Part shown: in pieces, positions 49,216-60,500 of the stretch | How the letters are laid out: each line of letters begins with the position of its first letter | How positions within the stretch are numbered: the first letter of the stretch is position 1 | Assembly (NCBI GenBank): GCA_002269645.1 | Contig: NIVC01002851.1 | Coordinates: 71,280-135,279 of the forward strand | DNA: 64,000 bases | Origin: Macrostomum lignano | Lineage: Eukaryota | Direction of reading: 5' to 3' | Notes under the pieces: model-generated | Told to the model about the DNA's origin: nothing | The model's input: the letters and a program-made list of their open reading frames with translations, nothing else | The model's database searches: none | Position numbers and translations under genes: made by a program

Positions 49216-49717
49216 TAAGCTCGATTCTTCACAAGCTCGATTCTTCACAAGCTCGATTCTTCACAAGCTCGATTCTTCACAATCTCGAGTCTTCACAAGC
49301 TCGATTCTTCACAAGCTCGATTCTTCACAAGCTCGATTCTTCACAAGCTCGAGTCTTCACAAGCTCGATTCTTCACAAGCTCGATTCTTCACAAGCTCGA
49401 TTCTTCACAAGCTCGATTCTTCACAAGCTCGATTCTTCACAAGCTCGAGTCTTCACAAGCTCGACTCTTCGCAAGCTCGAGTCTTCACAAGCTCGATTCT
49501 TCACAAGCTCGAGTCTTCACAAGCTCGATTCTTCGCAAGCTTGAGTCTTCACAAGCTCGATTTTTCACAAGCTCGAGTCTTCACAAGCTCGACTCTTCGC
49601 AAGCTCGAGTCTTCACAAGCTCGATTTTTCACAAGCTCGACTCTTCACAAGCTCTATTCTTCACAAGCTCGAGTCTTCACAAGCTCGATTCTTCACAAGC
49701 TCGACTCTTCGCAAGCT
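49216..49717. repeat. 16-bp minisatellite (AAGCTCGATTCTTCAC), about 31 copies
   Basis: Direct reading. Confidence 0.93.
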
Positions 49718-50519
49718 TAAAAGGTATTGCCATAGTAACTTCTGCTAGCTCACAACTTTAAAGCGAAATTCAGTGTTTGAATAACTTCGAGCTTGTAAAA
49801 TCGACCAGCAATTGATTAGAGATTGCTTTCACAAAATTATGAAAGTAACATTTAATACTCGTATTTAAAAGTTTATATAGTTCGGCTCATAATTTACAAT
49901 TGAAACTACATGCATAGACGACTTACCAGTGATGACTGTTTGGCCTGTCAAAACCAAATAAATTATCTAACCGGTTGCAGTCAGTGTCAACAGCAACTGG
50001 GCAGGGTTCGGACAGCTAAACATTTATGCCAGATCTGCTGCGTACTTCGTAATAAACAGCAACAGCTATCACTTTGCTGTGGTAGGTCGGTCGGGAATCG
50101 GTTCTGGAATGAGGCGGGGTGGGGCTGGATTGGGTTGGGTCTGTAGTTCGTGCAATGCTGTGCGTGCATCCAATATACTTGGCTATTTCTTCATCGCAGA
50201 CATGTACAATTTCTTTATCACCATCTAACAGGGGCGAAAATTTTCTTAATCCTTAGCATTTCAGAAATTCATAAGTCCGTTCGCTTTTAAGCAAATCGTT
50301 TTGGTGCAACTCTTTTTTTGCTTCGCGTCAATCTTAGCTTATCTTGCAACAAACATTGCTGGCGAAGAAATTGTGCATTTTTTCGGATGGGTTTGGCCGT
50401 GATATTCGGGACTGACCGGTCAGGCGAGTTGTGGCAAAGTGGCGGGACAGGAATCGCAGTGTGTGAGCAAACCAGGCTGCACTCTTGGCAACCGTGATGA
50501 CATTTGACATTTGTCTATA

Positions 50520-50730
50520 GACATGTAGTGTTTTGACCATAGACAGTGTTTCGACCATAGACGGTGTTTTGACCATAGACGGTATTTTGACCATAGACAG
50601 TGTTTTGACCATAGACGGTGTTTTGACCATAGACGGTGTTATGACCATAGACAGTGTTTTGACCATAGACATGCAGTGTTTTGACCATAGACAGTGTTTT
50701 GACTATAGACAGTGTTTTGACCATAGACGG
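50520..50730. repeat. 18-bp minisatellite (CCATAGACAGTGTTTTGA)
   Basis: Direct reading. Confidence 0.9.
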
Positions 50731-50814
50731 TGCAGCCTATTCAACACTGTACATATTGTGTGCCTTTCAAAGCTTCCAAACTGCAGGCTATTCTGGTATG
50801 CAATTAATTATGCA

Positions 50815-51245
50815 ATTAAAGTCAGTGTCTCCCAGGCCCTAAAATCGGTGTCTAACGGGCCCTAAAGTAAGTGTCTACTAGGCCCTAAAATCAGTGTCTA
50901 CCAGGTCCTAAAATCAGTGTCTACCAGATCCTAAAATCAGTGTCTACCAGGCCCTAAAACCACAGCCTACCAGGCCTTTAAATCAGTGTCTCCCTGGCCC
51001 TAAAATCGGTGTCTTAACGGGCCCTAAAGTCAGTGTCTACCAGGCCCTAAAATCAGTTTCTACCGGACCCTAAAATCAGTGTCTACCAACCCCTAAAGTT
51101 AGTGTCTACCGAGCCCTAAAGTCAGTGTCTATCGCGCCTTAAAGTCAGTCTCTACCGAGCTCTAAAGTTAGTGTCCACCGGGCCCTTAAAACCAGTGTCC
51201 ACCGGGCCCTAAAGTCAGTGTTTACCGAGCCCTAAAATCAGGGTC
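50815..51245. repeat. About 23-bp minisatellite (CCAGGCCCTAAAATCAGTGTCTA)
   Basis: Direct reading. Confidence 0.88.
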
Positions 51246-51288
51246 TAACCGACGCCAACACGCGGCCGAAACTGCCCACAATCCTCAC

Positions 51289-53752
51289 CATAGCTGAACT
51301 TGTCAATACTAGACGTCTCGTGCAGGCCAGTCAGTCGCCGCTTGTTGTCGGCGCCCCCGTGCGGATCGTAGGCCCGGATGTGAGATGCGTGCCGCTTGCC
51401 CAACTTTTCGATAGCCTCAATCATGACCTTCATGCCGCCAGGCTGTCGCATGGCCTCAGTGCTATAGTTGGTGTGGGCGCCGGCCCCGTTCCAGTCTCCT
51501 GGCATTGGTTTCGGATCGAAGCTGACTACAATGCCAAAATCTTCGGCCACCCGATGCAGCAGGAACCGAGCCAGCCACAGGTGATCGCCCATATCGATGC
51601 CTTCGCATGGTCCAACCTGGAATTCCCATTGGGCCGGCATCACCTCGGCATTCTCGCCGGCGATCTTCACTTCGGAGTACAGGCAGGCTCGGTAGTGAGC
51701 CTCGACCACGTCTCGGCCGTAGACTTTGTTGGCTCCGACCCCGGTGTAGTACGGACCCTGCGGTCCCGGGAAGCCGTTCTTCGGCCAGCCAAACGGGTGC
51801 AGATCCGTGTCCTGCAGGGTGTACTCCTGCTCGATGCCAAACCAGGGATGCTGATCTTTGACCTTCTGCATCACCTCATTGCAGGAGTGACGCTTATTAG
51901 TCCTGTGCACTGTGCCATCGTGAGAATAGTTCTCACACAGTACCAGCCTGTTATTGCCGCCTCTGAATGGATCTTTGAACAGGGCAACCGGGTGAATCAT
52001 CACGTCGGAATTGTGGCCTTCGGCTTGGCCCGTGCTGGACCCGTCGAAATTCCAGATTGGCAGTTCTGGCGTAAATAAAGAAAGTTCACATGTGTACTAC
52101 ATGGAATTTATACTTCTTGTGACACCCCCCTTAGGCCAATTTTTTTGAACAAGACTACTAATAGTAGCTGTGGCTGGGAATGAAATGAACTTTTTGAATG
52201 CGCAAAACCAGGAGGGTACACCGGTGTTTCCTTCCTCCTGTCTTCACTCACTCAGCTTCTCACTTCTCACTTTCTCACTTTAAGTACGAGTAGCGTACGC
52301 AGGAGGGAGTCCCGAGGGGGGGGGCTTTCGCTCCTCCAAAAAATGAGAGAGAATGAGAGGCAACCAAGCTCAACGAATGGCATGGGCTCAACTTTTGCCA
52401 ACTATTAGGACGTGGCATCTACCGGCCTAGAGGACAGGGGCGCCCACTAAAAGACAGGAGCGCCAACCAAGGGACAGGGGCTCCCACTAAAAGACAGGGG
52501 CGCCAACCAAGGGAAGGGGCTCCCACTAAAAGACAGGGGCGCCAACCAAGGGAAGGGGCTCCCACTAATAGACAGGGGCGCCCACTAATAGACAGGGGCG
52601 CCCACCAAGAGACAGGGGCACCCATCAAGAGACAGGGGCACCCAACAAGAGACAGGGGCACCCACCAAGAGACAGGGGCACCCATCAAGAGACAGGGGCA
52701 CTCACCAAGAGACAGGGGCACCCATCAAGAGACAGGGGCACTCACCAAGAGACAAGGGCACCCATCAAGAGACACAGAATACAGTAAAAACTTGTGTGCA
52801 CTGCCACCTCTCTGTCATATTCATAAGTAGATCAAGTGCATATATCTAATTAGTTTTTTTTAATTAACAACCTTTAGGCGACTTAGGCGTGAAGTGCACT
52901 GTTCGAGACTTGGCACGCAGATTCTCCCCTGAGCCATCGATCCAGATGTACATGCACTGCACTTTGTCGGCTGGCTGAGGCAGAGCCAAGTAGCACTGTG
53001 AGAATCAAGGTGAGAAAAAAGTGACAGGTGACCGGGTCTACATAACAGGTGACAGGGTCTACATAACAGGTGACAGGGTCTACATAACAGGTGACAGGGT
53101 CTACATAACAGGTGACAGGGTCTACATAACAGGTGACAGGGTCTACATAACAGGTGACAGGGTCTACATAACAGGTAACAGGGTCTACATAACAGGTGAC
53201 AGGGTCTATATAACAGGTGACAGGTGACAGGGTCTACATAACAGGTGACAGGGTCTACATAACAGGTGACAGGGTCTACATAACAGGTGACAGGGTCTAC
53301 ATAACAGGTGACAGGGTCTATATAACAGGTGACAGGTGACAGGGTCTACATAACATGTGACAGGGTCTACATAACAGGTGACAAGGTCTACATAACATGT
53401 GACAGGGTCTACATAACAGGTGACAGGGTCTATATAACAGGTGACAGGTGACAGGGTCTACATAACAAATGACAGGGTCTACATAACATGTGACAGGGTC
53501 TACATAACAGGTGACAGGGTCTATATAACAGGTGACAGGTGACAGGGTCTACATAACAGGTGACAGGGTCTACATAACATGTGACAGGGTCTACATAACA
53601 GGTGACAGGGTCTATATAACAGGTGACAGGTGACAGGGTCTACATAACAGGTGACAGGGTCTACATAACAGGTGACAGGATCTATATAACAGAATATATG
53701 CAGAACTCACCATCAAGGCAGTCTTGTTAGTAACATTAGTAATGCCCAACAT
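51289..53752 (-). CDS. GLUL: Glutamine synthetase type II; terminal exon not found
   Basis: Exons 53752-53711, 52995-52872, 52065-51289. [66 protein letters not shown]. The sequence stops at FSYG. Confidence 0.9.
52430..52778. repeat. About 20-bp minisatellite (GACAGGGGCGCCCACTAA / GACAGGGGCACCCATCAAGA) in GS intron 2
   Basis: Direct reading. Confidence 0.88.
53021..53690. repeat. 21-bp minisatellite (GTGACAGGGTCTACATAACAG) filling GS intron 1
   Basis: Direct reading. Confidence 0.95.
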
Positions 53753-54439
53753 TGTTATAATGTATGTGCTGCTAATTAGCTGATGCAATGCAGTTTCACT
53801 AAGTCATTTTGAAATCATTCACGACCTCAGCTCATATAGGGTTCTGTCTGAATGTACTCTTGGCCTGGAACAATGTACACTCAGCAAGAGAATTCCAGAG
53901 TGAGCTGTTCTTTCTGGTTTAAACCAAAATTAACCGCCGACCCCACTGGTATGAGAGAGGCATGAGAGAATGAATGAGCACTAGCATTGGTCCAAGAGTG
54001 TCACTGCTCGGTTTCCAGTTTAAACAGGAACTCTTATTGCCTCAATGTCAACACCTGTCTGCCCCTCACAGTCAATCACTCAGTGTTTCGCGCTCTAAAA
54101 AGTGTTTTTTCATACTTAAAAATTCAGAATAAGAACACTGTTCAAATTTGAATATTTTTATTAGTATAAAACTAACTAACAACCGACAAGATTCAATGTA
54201 TATTTTATATACTTAATACTCATGCTTATAAAGTGAAGTACATAGACCCAATAAACTTCTACAAATAGCATAAATAGCAGTTAGCGAAAAAAGTTACACA
54301 GAGTAGCAATTTAGGAATTCAATTACTAAACCAGTAGTTAAAATTTAATTAGACATAAGTAGAAAAAATCGCTTTTTGTTATCCTGAAATTGACATGGAA
54401 GAAACACAATTTATGGTGTGCAAACTCACTGCCGATAGT

Positions 54440-55200
54440 TTGGGTTTGGGTTTGAGTTTGGGTTGGGGTTTGAGTTTGAGTTTGGGTTGGGGTTGGGGTT
54501 TGGGTTTGAGTTTGGGTTTGGGTTTGAGTTTGAACTTGGGCTTGGGTTTGGGTTTGAGTTTGGGTTTGAGTTTGAGTTTGGGTTTGGGTTTGAACTTGGG
54601 CTTGGGTTTGAGTTTGGGTTTGAGTTTGAACTTGGGCTTGGGTTTGGGTTTGAGTTTGGGTTTGGGTTTGAGTTTGAACTTGGGCTTGGGTTTGGGTTTG
54701 AGTTTGGGTTTGAGTTTGAGTTTGGGTTTGGGTTTGAACTTGGGCTTGGGTTTGAGTTTGGGTTTGAGTTTGAACTTGGGCTTGGGTTTGGGTTTGAGTT
54801 TGGGTTTGGGTTTGAGTTTGAACTTGGGCTTGGGTTTGGGTTTGAGTTTGGGTTTGGGTTTGAGTTTGGGTTTGGGTTTGAGTTTGGGTTTGAGTTTGAG
54901 TTTGGGTTTGAGTTTGAGTTTGGGTTTGAGTTTGGGTTTGGGTTTGGGTTTGGGTTTGAGTTTGGGTTTGAGTTTGGGTTTGAGTTTGGGTTTGGGTTTG
55001 AGTTTGGGTTTGAGTTTGAGTTTGGGTTTGAGTTTGGGTTTGGGTTTGGGTTTGGGTTTGAGTTTGGGTTTGAGTTTGAACTTGGGCTTGGGTTTGAGTT
55101 TGGGTTTGAGTTTGAACTTGGGCTTGGGTTTGAGTTTGGGTTTGGGTTTGAGTTTGAACTTGGGCTTGGGTTTGAGTTTGAACTTGGGCTTATGTTTGAG
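54440..55200. repeat. Hexamer-based G/T-rich satellite (GGGTTT/GAGTTT/GAACTT)
   Basis: Direct reading. Confidence 0.93.
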
Positions 55201-55337
55201 TTTGCGCTAGGGTCGCCAGAGAAACTGTGGCATTTGTAGATTCAGGAGACTTAATGTGAATAAGTAGCAAGCCACTTTAGCTAAATGAATAATATTTGAA
55301 ATTTAAATGCCCATTAGTCCTGATGCGTCAATTCAAA

Positions 55338-56564
55338 CTAGGTGTACAACAGATGAGGCACAGTCAGAGGCACAGTTGGCCACATTTTACCATCATCGGC
55401 CTGGCAACAGGCCAGCACCAGGCTGCGACCTCTACTTATAGCCAAAGATTGACCACCAGTCCAGGCCAATCCGCCAACCACTTCGTCGCCAAACTCGGCC
55501 ATAGACGCTATGGAGAACCTGTCCGGCTTAGGCAGACTCACGATCATTGGGGCACTTTCTAAGAAATCGACAACGTAGACGCCGCCGTCGCTGGTGGAAG
55601 CCGCAGCAACTGGCTGTCTGGCTTCGCCGCCTCCAGAGCAACGAACTCGAGTCAGCCTGCTGGAAGCCACTCGCCCCAGCTGCACCTCCGCTGCACTCGA
55701 ACTCTGACCCCGCAGATCGTGCAGCCTCAATCGGCCGTCGATCCCGCCAGTTACTAAGCGACAGTCGTCGAGCCAATCCAGACAGCGCGCATAGCAACCG
55801 TCGTTGCCAGGGAAACACGCCGCCGACGCCACTACTCCGGAAGCTGCAACCAGACGCTGTCGGAGGTCCCAAACTCGAACCCGACCGTCGGCGGAGCAAG
55901 TTGCCAATCGGTCAGACTTCGTCGATCCGGCCGCAGACACGAGCGGCGACGCGCTGCCACCGGCCGTCCAAGTGTTCAAGGACACGAGCCCGCCGTCTGA
56001 CTCCACCTGCCACAGTTTAACCTGCCTATCCGATCCGCCACTAATCGATACGAATCGACATTCGTCAGTAGTGGTCGAATTTCCCACCGGGGTCAGACAG
56101 GCCACGCCAGAGTCGTGCTCAGTTCGAAGGCTGCAATGCCGCTCGCCAGCCAGCGGATTCGTCACCGCCGCCACGCTGCCATCGTCACCGGCAAGCGCCA
56201 GCAGACGTCGCTGCTGACTGCCGATTGGCAGAAAGCAGCAGTCGCTGATGCTCAACCGCTGCACTTTATCCCGGCCTAGTGGGCCTTCCAGCACTAGCGG
56301 AGCGCAGGCTGGCGTAGAATAAGCGGCCGTCGCCGCAGCGGGGCCGGTTGCCAATGACAACCGTAGAAACAGTACGCGACCCTGCCACAGCCTGCCTGTG
56401 ATGGTGTTCACAGCTACGGCTACTACTTGATCTTGTCCGACTGGGACACCGTCCAAACCGACTGACTCGCCTTCGGCCGAGCCGAGGCCGCTGGCAACGC
56501 TGACGGATTCGAATCGATGGGCTCGCTGGTTGAGCAGCTGGTGACAAGTCTCTCCTGGATTCAT
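55338..56564 (-). CDS. WDR77: WD40 protein, methylosome protein 50 (MEP50/WDR77)-like, intronless, 408 aa
   Basis: NTITGRLWQGRVLF matches the MEP50 N-terminal motif S.L.GR.W.G. Also EHDSGVACL, SGGSDRQVKLW, LATCSADGRVRVWDLR. Confidence 0.72.
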   Translation of the reverse strand: MNPGETCHQLLNQRAHRFESVSVASGLGSAEGESVGLDGVPVGQDQVVAVAVNTITGRLWQGRVLFLRLSLATGPAAATAAYSTPACAPLVLEGPLGRDKVQRLSISDCCFLPIGSQQRRLLALAGDDGSVAAVTNPLAGERHCSLRTEHDSGVACLTPVGNSTTTDECRFVSISGGSDRQVKLWQVESDGGLVSLNTWTAGGSASPLVSAAGSTKSDRLATCSADGRVRVWDLRQRLVAASGVVASAACFPGNDGCYARCLDWLDDCRLVTGGIDGRLRLHDLRGQSSSAAEVQLGRVASSRLTRVRCSGGGEARQPVAAASTSDGGVYVVDFLESAPMIVSLPKPDRFSIASMAEFGDEVVGGLAWTGGQSLAISRGRSLVLACCQADDGKMWPTVPLTVPHLLYT

Positions 56565-57504
56565 CTGCTGTGGCTGCTTAGCAGACCAGTCACCCCCGCC
56601 TTGTTGATCCGTCTGTACAGACTGAAATTTGTTTCCAACAGCAAAAATTATGAAAATGTAAAATAAATTGGACCGACTTTAGAGAGACCTAATTTGGACA
56701 AAAGTACTAATATAAAAACTCGCACGATATGTTCACACAAATCCAAACCCAACCGATGTTTGTTAACACAAATCCAAACGATATATTCACACAAATTAAA
56801 ACGATATTCACACAAATTGAAACGATATATTCACACAAATTCAAACGATATGTTCACACAAACTCGACGACTCAATAGACTCACTCGAAGGCTCACAAAA
56901 ACACAAAAGGCCACTAGTGAAAGTTATACTAGCTTTAAAACTTATATAAAATAAATAAACAATAAAGAGACAGTTAGTGAACCAAAACCTTGTGAATATA
57001 TTAATATATGCATAACGTTTTGTTATATCGATGTATTTCAAGCAAGAAAAGACCTAATTGAATTGCACTGCATTGCTTTCAACAGTCTTTATACTTGTGA
57101 AGAAATGCCGAAATAAATAAGGGTGTTTAAAAAATTGATGCATAGCCCTGGATGGGGTTTGGCCATAGAAAAATGCACTACAGAGACAGGCGGAAAAATG
57201 CTGAGAACATCATTTCCTTTAACACATTAACAATAGTGATTGTACAAAGTTAAAATCTACATGTAGTTTTTGTCTTCTAAATTGTTTTTACCCTTTATTT
57301 TGTTGCCGCCCCAACGGGGGGCGCGGAAGCTAGTCCACTATACTAAAAATTTAGTACGTAAGTGATAGTTGAGATTCTGTAATTCTAGAAACCAATAACA
57401 ACTTTAAATAGGCAAATTAAAGTCTAAACCAGGCTTTCGAAAAAGCGTCAAGACCCATCCATCCCCTCACTGTAGCAGCAGTCCTATAATCTACCACAGA
57501 AACA

Positions 57505-60500
57505 TCAAACACTCTCAGCCTGCTTAGCAGCAAAAAATTCGGTCAATGTTTTCACGGCCAGACTCGAATTCAGCGGCCTTGGCAACAGCGATTGGCCAAT
57601 CCAATCGGGCAGTTTAGCTCGGACAGCTGGCCGAGAGTAGCGACTATCCAGCAATACTATGGCTGCGTAATCTGATTTGTGACGAATAGCCCGACCGATG
57701 CACTGATTGACAGCTCGCATGCACAGGCTCTCGTAGTGGGCGCGACCGGCGTTCGGACCGAATCTGGGGAGGGGGGGGGTTGTTGGTGATTTCAGATTAG
57801 TGTATTTTTTTATTACACCTGCCCTAATTGGGCCAGATGTACAACCGACAGCTCAGCTGCACACTCTCAATTACCCCAGCTAAATCTGGCACCCATTTTA
57901 CAGCTGCGTGAACTGAAGCAATGCAGAGTTAAGTGTCTCTTGCTCAAGGACACAAATTGTTCCAAGTGAAAATCGAGAATCGAACCCCCGACCTTTCAGT
58001 CAAGAGTCCGACGCTCTAACCATTATGCTACAATCTCCATTCGTGTGCAATTCTTGTAACAGATGCTAGCAACTATGACAAATCCCCAGTGACCAACCTG
58101 TAACCAATCGCAGCGGTAGAAACTGGGTGGAAATGAGGATAAATAGCAAAGCAAAACTAAGCGAAGCAATGGAGAGAAGTGGGAGGAAGGAGATATGGAG
58201 GAGAGTAAGGGGAGAAGGGATGGGAGATAAAAGAAAGGATGCGAGAGTAGAGGGGAGGGAGGGAGGCTAAGAGAAGAGGTAAGAGATGTGAGAGTGGGAG
58301 GGAGGAGAGGGTGAGGGAGAGAGGGAGGTGGCGAGAGGAGAGAGGGTGAGGAGAGGGAGAGGGTGAGGGAAGAGGGAGGGCGAAGGATAAGAGTGGTAAA
58401 ATAATAAAGAAAGCAAAATCAATAATGAGGATAAAGCAATGAAAATCATCCCGAATCGAATCAATCAACCAACTACCCACCTGTCAGACAGATAGGCCAT
58501 AGTCTCAATCAGCTCAGGCGAGCCCTTATTAGGATAGGGCATCCCCAGCATAACAACGCACCGACCAAAGTCGTCAGCAAAATTGATACCCTCGGACAGT
58601 CGGCCGCCAACCACGGCAAAGAGGATGGCGCCGCCAGCTGTCACGGCGGCAGTCTGGTAACGCTGCAACAGCGGTTCGACCTCGGCAGCAGCCCGAGGCT
58701 CCCGGAACAGGCGCTTCCGGTGGCACAGACGAGCCAACCGGCCGTCCGACTGCCAGCGACTATGGACGGCCGATTCCCAATCGTGCGACGGGAAGAACAC
58801 AACGGCTCCGGATGGGACGGCCGACAACAGGTCGACTAGGGCGTCGCCTGCGGCTGTTAATAGATCTGGCTGGTTTTTGGCAGACTGAGTGAAGCACAAC
58901 TGGTGTCCAGCGTTGCTGCTGCTGTCGTAGCGATCGACAACTAACGCTAGCACGTTCCGCTTGTCAACCACGTGACCGCATGAGAACTGCTCTACCTGGA
59001 TTAGTTGATTAAGAAAAGTTAGAAGTGCAAGTTTTAATTCAGTACAAAGGGGATGTGAACTGAAGCTCCAGAATGGAGCTCGAATGAGGCCAGCAGACCA
59101 AACCGACTGGAATCGATAACTTGTCGGACCAGATGACTATAACCGTCTGGACATTTGGCCCTTACTCTTAACGAATGGATTTCAACCTGAGTCAATCCTC
59201 ATGTCATCGATTTTATGCCAGACGCTGATTTTAAAGATGCAGAGGGAGGGTGGAGTAAGGTGGGCTTGGATTTTTGCGAAAATTCGATTGGTCCTCCCGA
59301 ACCATTTTTGCGGGTCGCCTCCTAAGGTGGGGGGGGGGGCGACCGCTTCCCACCCGCCAGCCCGAGTGGCGCTTATGGCACCTTATGGTCTTAGGCAATT
59401 AGACCGTAAAAAAGTCGCGGCCTAAACCAAAAACTGAAATGTGAGGGCCATTGACTCGCTTCTTGGTTTCCAAAATAATCACTATCCTTAACATGGCTTA
59501 AGGGCTGCATAACACTGCGCGTCCTTGAGATAAACTCTAGAGCCTAAAGTTCACATGAAATCCCCATTTATCCCATTTCTTCCCCACGACCCAGTAGAAT
59601 AGACTCGGGTGGGATGTGTCAGCGTTTGTAGTCATCTGGACTGACAAGCTATCGATTCCAGTCGGTTTGGTCTGCTGGCCTCATTCGAGCTCCATTCTGG
59701 AGCTTAAGTTCACATCCCAGTAACATAGACCATATTCTCACTCACTTAATCTCTATCTCACAGACCTTCACTCTATCAACGCAGACACTAATATTCACCA
59801 GCCAATAGAAATGAAAAATCCCCACAGACCTGACTGCAGCCAGCGGGCACGAACAGCTGGGTGATGAGATCATCCACCGGTCGCATTGTACCGCCGGCAA
59901 GGATGACGCAACGCGATTGTTGAACAACTTCGGCGAAATGCGAAGCGGGATTCAGTAGGAGGTACTTCAGGTGGGCGCCCGGCTGAAGCAGGACTCGCCC
60001 GTCATCGTCTGCGCTGAGCAGAGCGGATAGGAAGGCCTGGTTGTTGAATAGAAGAAATTGGAGAGTTGTTCATGGGCTCATTATTGGGTCATAAGTAGAT
60101 TATTTGGCCATAAACTGATTATTGGGTCACAAGCTGAGGATTTAGGTCACAAGCTGAGGATTTAGGTCAAAAGCTAGGGAATTGGGTCATAAGCACAGGA
60201 TTTAGGTCATAAAATGATTATTGGGTCATAAGTTGAGGATTTAGGTTATAAATAGATTATTAGGTCATAAGCTGAGGATTTGGGTCATAAGTTGAGGATT
60301 TGGGTCATAAGTGAGGATTTAAGTCATAAACTGAGGATTTTGGCCATAAGTTGAGGACTTGGGTCATAAGCTGAGGATCGGGTCATAAACTGAGGATTGG
60401 GTCATAAGCTGACTGTAGTTTCATAAGCAGAGGATTTGGTCATAAGCGGAGGATTGGGTCATAAGCTGACTGTAGGGTCATAAGCAGAGGATTTGATCAT

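Noticed and set aside
54395-55239. LG/FG-repeat ORFs
   Set aside because: Hexamer satellite artefact.
58185-58385. Purine-rich tract and its minus-strand ORFs
   Set aside because: Low-complexity intronic sequence.
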